The notes beneath the pieces are model-generated. The model was not told the origin of the DNA and searched no databases. It saw only the letters and a program-made list of their open reading frames with translations. DNA of 64,000 bases from Paramoeba atlantica (lineage: Eukaryota; Protista; Discosea). The stretch lies in assembly GCA_977017575.1 (NCBI GenBank), contig CDRNVI010000177.1:322260-386259 (forward strand), written 5' to 3'. How positions within the stretch are numbered: position 1 is the stretch's first letter; each line of letters starts with the position of its first letter. Below are positions 42,899 to 53,682 of the stretch, one piece after another. Both the position numbers and the translations under genes were made by a program.

Positions 42899-43424
42899 AC
42901 TTTCTTTTTTTCTTCTTTTCTTTTCTTTTTTCTTTCTCTGTCCTTTCATGTTTGTCTTTTCTTTTTTGTTTGTCTTTTTCTCCATCATTTTGTTCATCTT
43001 TTCTTTTTTGTTGGTCTTTTCTCCATCACTTTGTTTCTTCTTTAATTTTTGTTCAGTTTTGAAGCTAAAATAACTTTATATTTTTTATTTTTTTATCTTT
43101 AGTGTGTAGAGCATTGCATGGGTTGTGCTCAGGGATGGCATTTTGTAATGGTTTCCCCTTGCCCAGTCATTATCTTGTTGTTGAATCTTCAAAATTACAG
43201 CTCCATTCCTTTACTAAAGATTATGGCTCAAAAGGTGGTTCACAGTCCTATCATCATCAGGCAAAACCACTTCAGGAATTGTTGCAATTTAAGAGTGTTG
43301 AGGAGCATTTTGTTTCAAGAGCCTGTGTTAAAAGCACATAGGTCATCATAGAAACCAGTGATGATATGACACTTTTCTGAGTTTGATGACTACACAAAAA
43401 AACAGAGTTTGAACATTGACATTG

Positions 43425-43497
43425 GCTTCCGTGGCTCAGTCAGTAGAGCGTCAGTCTCATAATCTGAAGGTTGTGAGTTTGATCCTCACTGGGAGCA
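43425..43497 (+). tRNA. tRNA-Met(CAT), elongator type, pseudogene
   Basis: TCAGT-CTCATAA-TCTGA arm. T-loop GTTCG reads GTTTG and D-loop TCGG reads TCAG. Confidence 0.85.
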
Positions 43498-44039
43498 CTT
43501 TTTTTTTGTCTTTTGATTTTTTTTTTGGTGGTGGTTTGAACCCTCCCTCCAGGTGGAGTTTTTTTTCTTTCTTTTTTTCCTCTACCCCCCCCCCCAACTC
43601 CTTCAAAATTCTCTTGTTTTCCTTCAGTTCCTTGAACTCATCTGCTTGCTTGAGGATCAGTACAGAGTGGCGCATCTCTACTACTGATATAAACAGAACA
43701 AAGAAACGGATCGGTTTAAATCTCCTAAGTTTACTATGATTTCTACAACTTCTGCTCAAAGCACAACAAAAGCAATACAAACCAAATTCGTGATGAAACA
43801 CAAATTTGGGCAAAACAAAACGCTCCTGAATCAGGCAAACACAGAGGAAACAACAAAACAACACCAAATTGAGAAGCACCTTCGAGAGTCGAAACACTCT
43901 CACAACCTGACAGGATCACTTTGAGCTTTTCTTTAGATTTTACAGAGTTCCTCATGGGGGTTGGATGGTCATTTGGAGATGTTTTCATTTCATGACATCC
44001 AATTTTTCGAAAAACACACCCCTCTTATTTTCAGAGCGA

Positions 44040-45310
44040 AATTCCAGAAAATACAAAAAAAAGCAAACAAAGCTATTTGGCAGACTGTCCTTTGATGGTT
44101 GAACACTGAGTGAGAAAAAAAATTCAAGTACAATCCAGCAACAATCACAGAAGAAGAAATTTGTTAAAACTTTTTGCTTTTGAAGTGTAGAAAGAGAATA
44201 GTGAAGAATTTAAAGATGGTTCACTCAAAATAATTTGGAATTCAGTTGCAAAACAAATTGAGGAAGAAATCTTTCATCACCAACCAAGGAAAACAAATTT
44301 CGATCTTGACCTCACTTTTTTTTTGAATGCTTGGCTCGCAAAATATGCACAACATCAGAAACTGTAGCAAGATCTGGAAAAGAGAACAATTAATGTGACT
44401 CCCTCTTCTTCTGAGGAGGCCAATGCAATAATGGACTGCTGGGGCACAGAATCCCCTGCTGATCTGAAATCACACACATTATATTTCTCACAACCCCTCA
44501 CCCTCCAGTATCTTCTCCTCTTATCCTCTGGTTTCTTCTCCTCATCCTCCAGGAACTTCTCCTCTGGTCTCATCACTTTGTCCATCAAACTCCCCTCACC
44601 TTCCTCTTCCAATTTCATATCCTCGTCCAGTCTCCTCTCATCCTCCACAAACAACACCCTCTGAAAATTCTGGTCCTGATGGGGATATTTTGAGGGAATG
44701 CCCAAGGTGTAGGGCAACCCAACACCCAATAATGGAACCTGGAAACACAGAATATCCAACCAAATTCTGCCAGTAAAGCAAGAGAGCCACTCAACAAATT
44801 TCTTGTTTCACTTTTTTGAACCAATAATAGCCATGAATTCCCAAGAAATTGAAGACAAAATCAAGAAAACTCACCCTCAAGCCACCCCCAAAAAACAGAA
44901 GAATGCCATTGACACACATTTGAAAAGTTTCTCCAGAAGAATCAAGCTTTGTGTTTCAGGTTGAAACTGCAAGAGACACAGAAATTTGCTTGATAATGTC
45001 AAAGTTTGCATTCAATGTTCAAAAAGACAACAGAAACAATTACAAGGACCAGTCTCTCAAAAATTTGTGCAATAACATCACAAAACAAATTATGGAGAAG
45101 GTTTATGATTCACAAAAACAATTGATCAATTTGTTCAACAATCTTGCATTCAAAACCGCACAGCAAGCTCAATCAGCAAAAAGAACAAAATTACAAAAAG
45201 ATCCAGCAAAAAGGACAGTTTCTGTTGTGACTCCTCTAACTTCTGAAGAAGCAAAGAAAATGATCCAATATTGGGGAATTGATACTCCTTCCCTGAAGGG
45301 TTGAACAAGA
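44040..45310 (+). mobile_element. Two tandem decayed Crypton/DUF3504-like tyrosine-recombinase N-terminal fragments
   Basis: RKENSEEFKDGSLKIIWNSVAKQI...KRTINVTPSSSEEANAIMDCWG and QKDNRNNYKDQSLKNLCNNITKQI...KRTVSVVTPLTSEEAKKMIQYWGIDTP. The two copies are mutually homologous. Confidence 0.55.
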
Positions 45311-45557
45311 CCTTTTTTTTCGTGTTGGAGGGTTTGCCTTGGGTGATTTTGAGGAATTGATCAAGCGTTTTGGTATCTCTCTGTTTACTTTGTGTGGGAC
45401 ACAACAAAAGCATGATAAGGAATAAAGGTGTTTTTATTGGCTTGTTTTCGATTATCAACATTGAGAAAAGTTATGAAATTCATCAGTTCAGTGAAAAGTA
45501 CAAGTCAATAAAAACACAAGCAAAAAACAATACTTCATCCACTTTCTTTTTCATTTC

Positions 45558-45869
45558 TTGCAGGTTCAAAATCATGTAATGGTGAGCAGAGAAGATATGA
45601 TACTCCATCTTCAACAAAAACAATTGACAGCCAAGGTTGCAACACTCAAGGAACACATCAGACTACAATTTGAAGTACCCATCCACAAAAAAGTGCATGG
45701 AACCCAAAGATGCCTACTTTGTGGGAATACAGACCACACAAGTCGCCAATGTCAATGGCTAAATATGGCAAAATACATGCAGGAGAAGAGGATTCACCTG
45801 CCTTTTGGAGAGAAAATCCCTGGAGGAGAACACTGGAAACTTATTGCAGACTTGTCCAAAGCATGGTAA
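45558..45869 (+). pseudogene. Exon with CCHC zinc knuckle (gag-like)
   Basis: CLLCGNTDHTSRQC, bounded by TTGCAG| and |GTAAGT. Confidence 0.55.
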
Positions 45870-48149
45870 GTCATAAAAAAGGTGTTTTTATTGGCTGTTT
45901 CACCAAAAGAGTTTGTTCACCAAGATTGTGGCTTTGAGAAAGTTATCAATTTCGAAAAGAAGTTCACTGAATTATCAACCATCACAACAACCAAATCACT
46001 TTCATTTTTTCCATTCACCAATTCATAAAATTTGGACCACATATGGCAGATGCTGGAGAAGGACACAAAGGAGAAGAAGCAGGAGGAGTTCCTGAATTGA
46101 TGGGAAATTTCCAGTGGTGATCAGCAAATTGACTACATCTCAGCCAACTTCAAGTCTGTCAGGACCTCCATGAGCCTCCCTGGAGTTGAAGCACTGAGAA
46201 TCCCTGATCAAGTTTACCAAGCCCATGTGAGCAAGAGACCAATTGAGAAGAAGGCGAAGGCTTCTGTCCTTCATGAATTGATGCAGGCTCTCAATACAAT
46301 GTTCAAATGTGGCTGAGGTGCTCAACAAGGAGAAACTAGGCACAGGCTTTGAATACGCTAAACGTTTTGGTGGTCATGGAGATGTCAAGATTGATGAATA
46401 TTGAGATACGGAGACCCCTTTAATTAGATGAGTTGTAAACGCCAAAAAACAAGTTTGCAAACTGAAAATCGCAAAAATTTTTTCCATTTTTTTTTGTGTG
46501 GAAACACATCCTTTTTCAAATTTGCATTCTGCAAAGCTCCAAAAACACCCGTCGCATTTTGAATGGGTCCAATTGCAAACTTGTTTTCGTTCGCATTGAA
46601 ACAAGAGTGGGTAAACATCCATTCTCACAATTTTGAAGGGGAGAGTGAGAGCCAAAACGAAAATGCAAACACCAACTCACTCTCTCAAAAATAAATCTTT
46701 GTTTTGTGAGTTGATTCACTGAAACACTTCAAAAGCAGTGTGTTCTTTCTGCCACTCTGTGGGGTCACAAATAAAATTTTCATTCTTATTTCTCTCAACA
46801 AAACAATTTGATTTTAAACAACAAAAAAAGAGGAGTGGGGGGGGCAGGAACATCACCCACTCACTTGCTCTTTAAAATTTGAATAAATTGATTTTTATTG
46901 AATCTAGCAATTACTTTTTGAAAAGGCAACAATCCTTCTTTTTTTTCCCCCGCCTCTCTCTCTCTTTTCTCTTTCTATGTATTCATTCTCCCTCCTCCAC
47001 TTCAAATATGATTTTTTGGGGGGTCACCAAAATACATTCAAAAAGAGGAAAAATTTAAAAACAGCAGTTTGAAAAGTTTGAAATGACAAAAAAAGAAAGA
47101 AAACCTCAGAACAATCTTTGGAAGGTTGAGACAAAAATCCCAAAAAGACAAAAAAAAAGGAAAGGAGAAAGAAAGAAAAACAAAAGAAACAAAAGAAACA
47201 AAAGAAACAAAAGAAACAAAAGAAACAAACCATGAAAAGTCAAAAAAAAAACCAAAGGAAAAAGAGGAGATCCCTTGAATTCAACAACCCAAACACAAAC
47301 TTTTACCGAACAAAGTCTCTCTTTCTTTCTCTCTCTTCTCTCTTCCTCCTTTTCACAAAACAAAAAAAAAGCGGTTGAGCCGCTGATTTAGATCCCTTAA
47401 TTTTTCAGGAAAGAGAAAGGGCGAAAAGATGCTCTTTGTCAGCTTGATAATTGGTTTTTTTTTTTTTTCGTTTTTTCTTCCTCTTTTTCTCTCCTCTTCA
47501 CCCTCTTCAGTTTTCTTCTTCCGACCTCTTCAGTTCCCCCTCCCTCTCTTTTTTTCCTTTCTTTCATTCTCTTTTCCACTCAATGTGACCTCCATTGAGG
47601 GAGCTTCCAAACTGACTTGAACAACTGCCTTTTTCTGTGGGGTGGGTGATGGGGGGAGAGGGAGTAAAAGGAGGAGAGGGGGGGGGGTTAAAAGGGATGG
47701 TGATAGGATCAACCACAAATATCATGACCATAATTTTAGGATGATAATTTTTTGAGGAGGGGTGGGGGGGGGGATGTTTTGAGGGAGAGGGGAGAGGAGC
47801 GTTCTGGCTGATCAAGAAAAGAGGTTTTTTCCTCCTTCTCTTCTCTTTTCCTTTTTCTCCCTTTTTTGTTTTTTTTGAGTTTTCCTTTTTTTTCTTTCTT
47901 TTCTTGGGTTTTCTTTTTTTCTTTTTTCTCCATCTGTTTTTTTTCTCCTTTTTTCTTTTCTTTCTTTTTGTCTTTCCCTTTTTTTTTCTTGTTTTTGTTT
48001 TCTTTTTTTCTCACTGCTGTTTTCCCCCTTTGTCTTTTCCCTCTCTTGAGGGTAATTCTTTTTTTTAGTTCCTCTCTTTTTCCCTTTTGTTTGTGAGATT
48101 GGAAGATTTCATCTGGGAGGACAATGTTTTTGTGTTTTTTTCATTTGGA

Positions 48150-48206
48150 TTTTTCATCCTCTCTGGATGTGAATCTGAAAATTTGAACCCAGAGAGTATG
48201 AAAAAA
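48150..48206. repeat. Short palindromic dispersed element, copy 3
   Basis: TTTTTCATCCTCTCTGGAT-N-ACCCAGAGAGTATGAAAAAA. Confidence 0.75.
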
Positions 48207-48642
48207 AATTACAAAATACCCACAATCACAATGGAAAACAGAGCAAGAGGGGGGTTCTTGGGGGGGGGAGAGAGAATGGGAGAGGAGGGTGAGCAACACA
48301 CAACCTCTGTTTTTTTGCTTCTCTTCTTCTTCTTCTCTCTCTTTCTCATTCTCTCCTTTTCTCCTCTCTCTCTTCTCTCCTCTTCTCTTTCTCTTCTGCT
48401 TTTTCTTTCTCTCTCTTCTCTCTTTCTCTCTTTCTATTATTTGTTAAAAAAGGCTTTTGGCAAACAACTATCTCCTTTCTTCTCTTGTTTTATTTGTTTC
48501 TTTTTCTTTTTTTTTTTCTTTTTTCTTTTTCTTCTTTTCTTTTTTTTCTTTTCTTTTTCTTGTAACTTTTTCATTCTTCTCTCTCTTTCTCTCTCCCCTT
48601 TTCTCTCCCTCTCTCCCTCTCTCTTCTCTCTTCTCTTTCTAG

Positions 48643-48775
48643 AGATCTTTCTGACAATACTTTGAGAGGGCTGTTCCATTAGAAATTGAAAATCTTCATG
48701 TTCAAATCATGTTTTTTTTATTTTTTATTTTTATTTTTATTTTTATTTTTATTTTTATTTTTATTTTTATTTTTA

Positions 48776-48806
<31 letters not shown>

Positions 48807-49678
48807 TTTATTTTTATTTTATTTCTTTTCCTTTTCTTTCTTTTCTTTCTTTTTTCTTTTCCTTTTCTTTCTTCCTTCTCTTCTCTTCTCTTCTTTTCTC
48901 TTCTCTTCTCTTCTCTTTTCTTCTCTTTTCTTTTCTTTTCTTTTCTTTTCTTTCTTTCTTTTCCAAAAGGTTTTTAGGAGTCAATCAACTGAAGGGAGAA
49001 AAAAATCTTGGACAAAATTTCAAAACTAACTGATTTGTAATTTTTTCTTTTTTCTTTTTTCTTTTTTTTTCTTTTTCTTTTTCTTTTTCTTTTTCTTTTT
49101 TTCTTTTTCTTTTTTTCTTTTTTAACTTTTTTCTTTTTCTTTTTTATCTTTTTTCTTTTTCTTTTTCTTTCTTTTTTTTTTTCTTTTCATTTCTTTCATT
49201 TTTATTGAAAATTATTTTTGATTTTATCAGATCACTGGAAGGGAATTTCTTTTCAGGGGCAATGCCTATTGAATTTGCACAACTCTCTGATCTTCTTCAA
49301 ATGTTTTTCTTTTTCTTTTTTTTTCTTTTTTCTTTTTTTATTCTTTTTTCTTTTTCTTTCTTTTTTTCTTTTTTTCTTTTTTTCTTTTTTTCTTTTTTTC
49401 TTTTTTTCTTTTTTTTCTTTTTTTTTCTTGATTATTTTTTGAATAAATTATTCTGTTCTGATGATTTTTTTCTTTTCCTTCTTTCTCTCTCTCTTTTCTC
49501 TCTCACTTTTCTCTCTTTTTCTTCTCTCTCCCTCTCTCTTTCTCTCTCTCTCTCTCTCTCCTCTCTCTCTCCTCTCTTTCTTTCTCTCCCTTTCATAATA
49601 TTATTAGAGACATTGTTTCTAATAAATTCATGGGGACTTTGCCAACTGAATTTGGACAACTCGCCAATTTGACTTGAT
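48643..49678 (+). pseudogene. Leucine-rich-repeat gene fragment, one LRR per exon
   Basis: Exon-like segments 48643-48710 (DLSDNTLRG), 48970-49036 (FLGVNQLKG), 49231-49302 (72 bp, SLEGNFFSGAMPIEFAQL) and 49608-49678 (VSNKFMGTLPTEFGQL*). Frameshifts and a stop are present. Confidence 0.6.
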
Positions 49679-49749
49679 GTTTTTTATTTTATTTTTTATT
49701 ATTTTTATTTTTTTATTTAATTTTCTAATTTATTTCAATTGTGGACAAA

Positions 49750-51290
49750 GGGGAAAAGGGGAAGATAAAACATTTTGAAAGTTTTTAGAGAGGAGCACTT
49801 AGAGACTCTGCTCCCTAGAGTGCAGAGTCTGTTGTGGCAGATTGTCAAGAGAAGGTGAAGAAATGTGGAGACCTTGCTGGATGGATCTCATGTTTCTCGC
49901 CATGCTATAGTGTTTCGCAAGAAGGCTCGATAGGAATCTTGATCTAATATTATACCTCCCTGCAGAACCTCAGATGCAATGCACTTCAGGAAGCTTGTTA
50001 CATCTGATGAGACCGCACCGCCTGATGAAGTTGACATAGGAAGAAAGAGAACTTCCACACCTGAAGAGTTGGACAATTTAATTTCTTTAAAGGTCCTCAC
50101 TTCTTCATTATCTCTTCCTGCATTCAACATTTCGATGTGTGGGTATTCTGGTAGATATTTGTTCAGCTTTCAGATTTTCGCCATGTGTGGAATTGCAAGT
50201 GGATTCCTGGGGTTTTGTCAATTTGATGCACCTGTTGTCATACCTTGAAATGTGGATATTGCATTCTTGCCTTGGGCTGAAATGACTGTAGCATCCAGAC
50301 ACAAGTGTCTCCCACCTTGCCAATGTTTGAGAGTCAGGTCTGGCTTCTTGTTGTGATAATCAATGGGAGGGAAATGGCCATCTGGAAGCACATCAAACTG
50401 TGCAAATTTGGAGATTTGCAGAAGCTGTTTCACAAAACGATGATGCCTGTCATTCATACCTTGGTTGAATTTCACACAGTCAGTGCAGTGGAGGGAACTC
50501 ATCACAGGTTTGGAGCAGACAGTGCCTTGGCTTGAGAAAGATGAGAGGGTGGGATCTGTGATGTCAAAGCGGTGTTGATAAGTGAAGCAGTACTCCTCAG
50601 CATTCAAAAAGTCTGGCCTACTGTAGTGAGTATCCTCTCCCTCAGAATTTGGGTAGACTGTCATCCACGCATGAGAAATTGGGCCAGCTTCATTCTCTTG
50701 GAGTGCAGCTTGCAGTGGAAGAAAATCATTATTTTGAATTATCTTTTTTCTGTTTTCCTGAAACTGATAGCTGGAGAGCTTCTTCTGATACTTGAGAGCT
50801 GCTGAGTAGGATTCTGGGGGTGGATGGGCAAGCCTGGTGAGGAGTTGGTGAAAAGATAGGTTCTCTGTTTCTGCGATCTTCCACTCAGTATCAACTTTGG
50901 TTTTAAACTTAACATACACATTGGAGACCACTTGTTTCTCAAGGGAATCACGCTCCCAGAGGCTTTGAAAGAGAGGGAAGAGTTCTGGTCAAAAGGCATC
51001 GCATGCTTTGTACACTGAGATCCAGGAGCCCAAATAGGCTGCATGCATGATGTCTTTGACTGAAGCGGAAACCCCCTCCTCCCTTTGATTTAGTTCAACC
51101 TCATACATGTCATGCTGGTCCTTGGAGGAGTGAAGTTGATTCACTTGTAGAAGCCTGTGATTTTGGTCGAGAAATGTTCAAAACCATGGTGTGAGATGGG
51201 GAGACAGTGGGAAAGGTAGTTGGTTTTGGGCAGAAGAGTTTTCAAGAAAAGCTCCATCGACTCATTGAGGATAGGGGTGCATGATGTTTT
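49750..51290 (-). mobile_element. 5'-truncated CRE-like non-LTR relic, family distinct from 7700-12920
   Basis: Protein similarity: ESMELFLKTL vs ESLELFVKTI, HAWMTVYP vs HLWMTAYP, KPDLTLKHWQGGRHLCLD vs QPDLTIREWQGDQDLCID, FLPMSTSSGG vs FLPASSSSGG. Confidence 0.8.
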
Positions 51291-53323
51291 TTTATTTTAT
51301 TTTTTATTTTTTTTATTTTTTATTTTTTTATTTTTTTATTTTTTGATATTATTTTTTATTATTTTATTATTTTATTATTTTTTTTATTTTTTATTTTTTA
51401 TTATTTTATTCTGATTTCTTTTCTTTCCCTCTTCTTTCTTTCTTTCTCTCTTTCTCTTTTCTTTCTTTCTTTTTTCTTTCTTTTTTCTTTCTTTTTTCTT
51501 TCTTTTTTCTTTCTTTTCTCTTTGTAGGTATTTCAGTAAGAATTCATTCACAGGACCACTCAACTCACAAATCTTGTTCGAATGTATTTTTTTCTTTTTT
51601 TCTTTTTCTTTTTCTTTCTTTTTTTTCTTTTTTTCTTTTTTTCTTTTTTCTTTTTCTTTTTTCTTTTAATTTTTTTTCCTTTTTCCTTTTTTTCATTTTC
51701 ATTTTTCGTTCTCTCTTTCTTTCCACCACCAACCCAAGATCAAAAACCTTTATTTTGTGGGGTGTTTTGTAATGTGTTTTTTTCTTTTCTTTGTTTTTCT
51801 TTGTTTTTTTGAATTGGAAAACTAATTTTTCTTTCTTTTCTTTTTTCTTTTTCTGTTAGATGACAATATAATCAAAAAACAGAAAGACAGAACAATTGAA
51901 GGGATTTTTGTGGTGATGTTTTGGAGTTTTATGAACAAATTAAAAAGTTCTTTTGGTTTGTTCAAACAACTCTTTTTTCTTTGATATTTTTAAGCTATTT
52001 GATCCCTCAAAAATTGAATGTCCCAGAAGATGATCCAATTCTCGCTGAGGGAGAGAGAGAGAGAGAGAGGAGTTGGGGAGTTAAGGAGTCAGGGAGACTT
52101 GAGATCCCACCAGACAAGGTTCTTTTTTTTCTTTTTTTTTCTTTTTTTTCTCTTTTTGATTCTTCCTTCCTTTTCTTTTGTATAATCTTTTGTTTAATCT
52201 TTTATTTTAAAACAAAGACAAAAGTGTTCCATATTTCTTTCTTATCTTTCCCCTTTTTCTCCCTTTTTTACCTTTTTTCTTCTTATCTCTTTTGTTTTTC
52301 CCCCTCTTTTCCTCCTTTCTCTTTTTTTCCCTTTCCTTCTTCCCCTTTCTCTTTGTTTTTTATTTTGAATTTTTTGATTGACTTTCCTTTTGAATGAAGG
52401 GAGTGGAAGTGGGTGGTTTTTAACACAAACAATAATGGAGAATTCATGATGGGGGAGAAAAAATACATTTGACACCTTTCTGATTTTCCACCTGCTCACC
52501 AAAGGCACTTTCTGCTGTGCAAGTTGTTGTTGCCACTATTGTTTTGTCCTTGTTATCACACCAGGTTTTCCCCCCTTCTTTATTTTGTGTTTTGTTGTTC
52601 CTGGAGTATTGTGCATTGTTTGTGGGGGGATTGTTGTTTTATTGTTTTGTTGTTTGTTATTTGTTGGTGGTTTTTAGAGGTGGTTGTTTCTTGGTTGGAT
52701 ATTTGGGTTATGGGTTATTTGGTTTTGTTGAATACCTGTTGAGGGAGTGTCTTGTTGTGATGATAATGTCTCCACTTTGTGCTTGTGATTAATATCCAAG
52801 ATTGAGAAAGGCAAAACAAATTGAATGGATTGTAAGGAGTTTTATATATGAACAAGTTAAATAGTTCTTTTGATATTGTTCAAACAACACTATTATTTCT
52901 TTGATGTTATTTAAGAGGATTAGACCTGGTGGATCCTTGAGAATATCAATTATTTCTTTAATTATTTTATGACTCACCCCAGTTCAGTTCAATGTTGGGA
53001 CCTTTCTTTGATTTGGCATTCCCTTTGTCTTTTGAGAAACAAGAACTTTGAGAGAAATGGGAATCATTTTACCTTGAGGGGACACTGGATCAGGGAGACC
53101 ATCTATTAAGCTGTGAGAGGTAAGGACACAAGGTTCTTTTTTCTTTCTTTTTCTTACTAGTTTTTATCTTCTTTATCTTTTCTTTTCACCTCCTTTTTCA
53201 CATTTTTTTTTTGAACAGAGAACTCATTTCTTTTGATCTTTTTTGAAGAAGTGACTATTTTGGTTCTTTCCTTGTTCAGTGGCAATACAAGCAAAACTCA
53301 AATGACCTCAAGCAAGAAGACTT

Positions 53324-53374
53324 ATACTCTCTCTGGGTACAAATTTTCAAATTAGCACCCAGAGAGTATGAAAA
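53324..53374. repeat. Short palindromic dispersed element, copy 4
   Basis: ATACTCTCTCTGGGT-N-ACCCAGAGAGTATGAAAA. Confidence 0.8.
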
Positions 53375-53682
53375 TTCTGGGGGTTCATTGTTCTTTTGAA
53401 GAAAGTTATTTTTCAAATAATGTCTTCTATTTTTGTTTCAAAGGAGGGGGATTGAAAAACTTCTTTTTCAAACCTCAGGAGAATAAGGAGAAGGGGAAGA
53501 ACCATCTATTCATCTAACAGGTTCAATTCTCACATAGTGAATTTTTTCATTTTTTTTTATCTCTTCTTCAATCTTTTAGATTAGAAGTGAGAATGAGAAC
53601 AAATATATATATATTTCCTCATTTATTACATCAAGATATTGCACAATTTGATCAGGTTTATTTTGGTTAACAATATTCTCTC

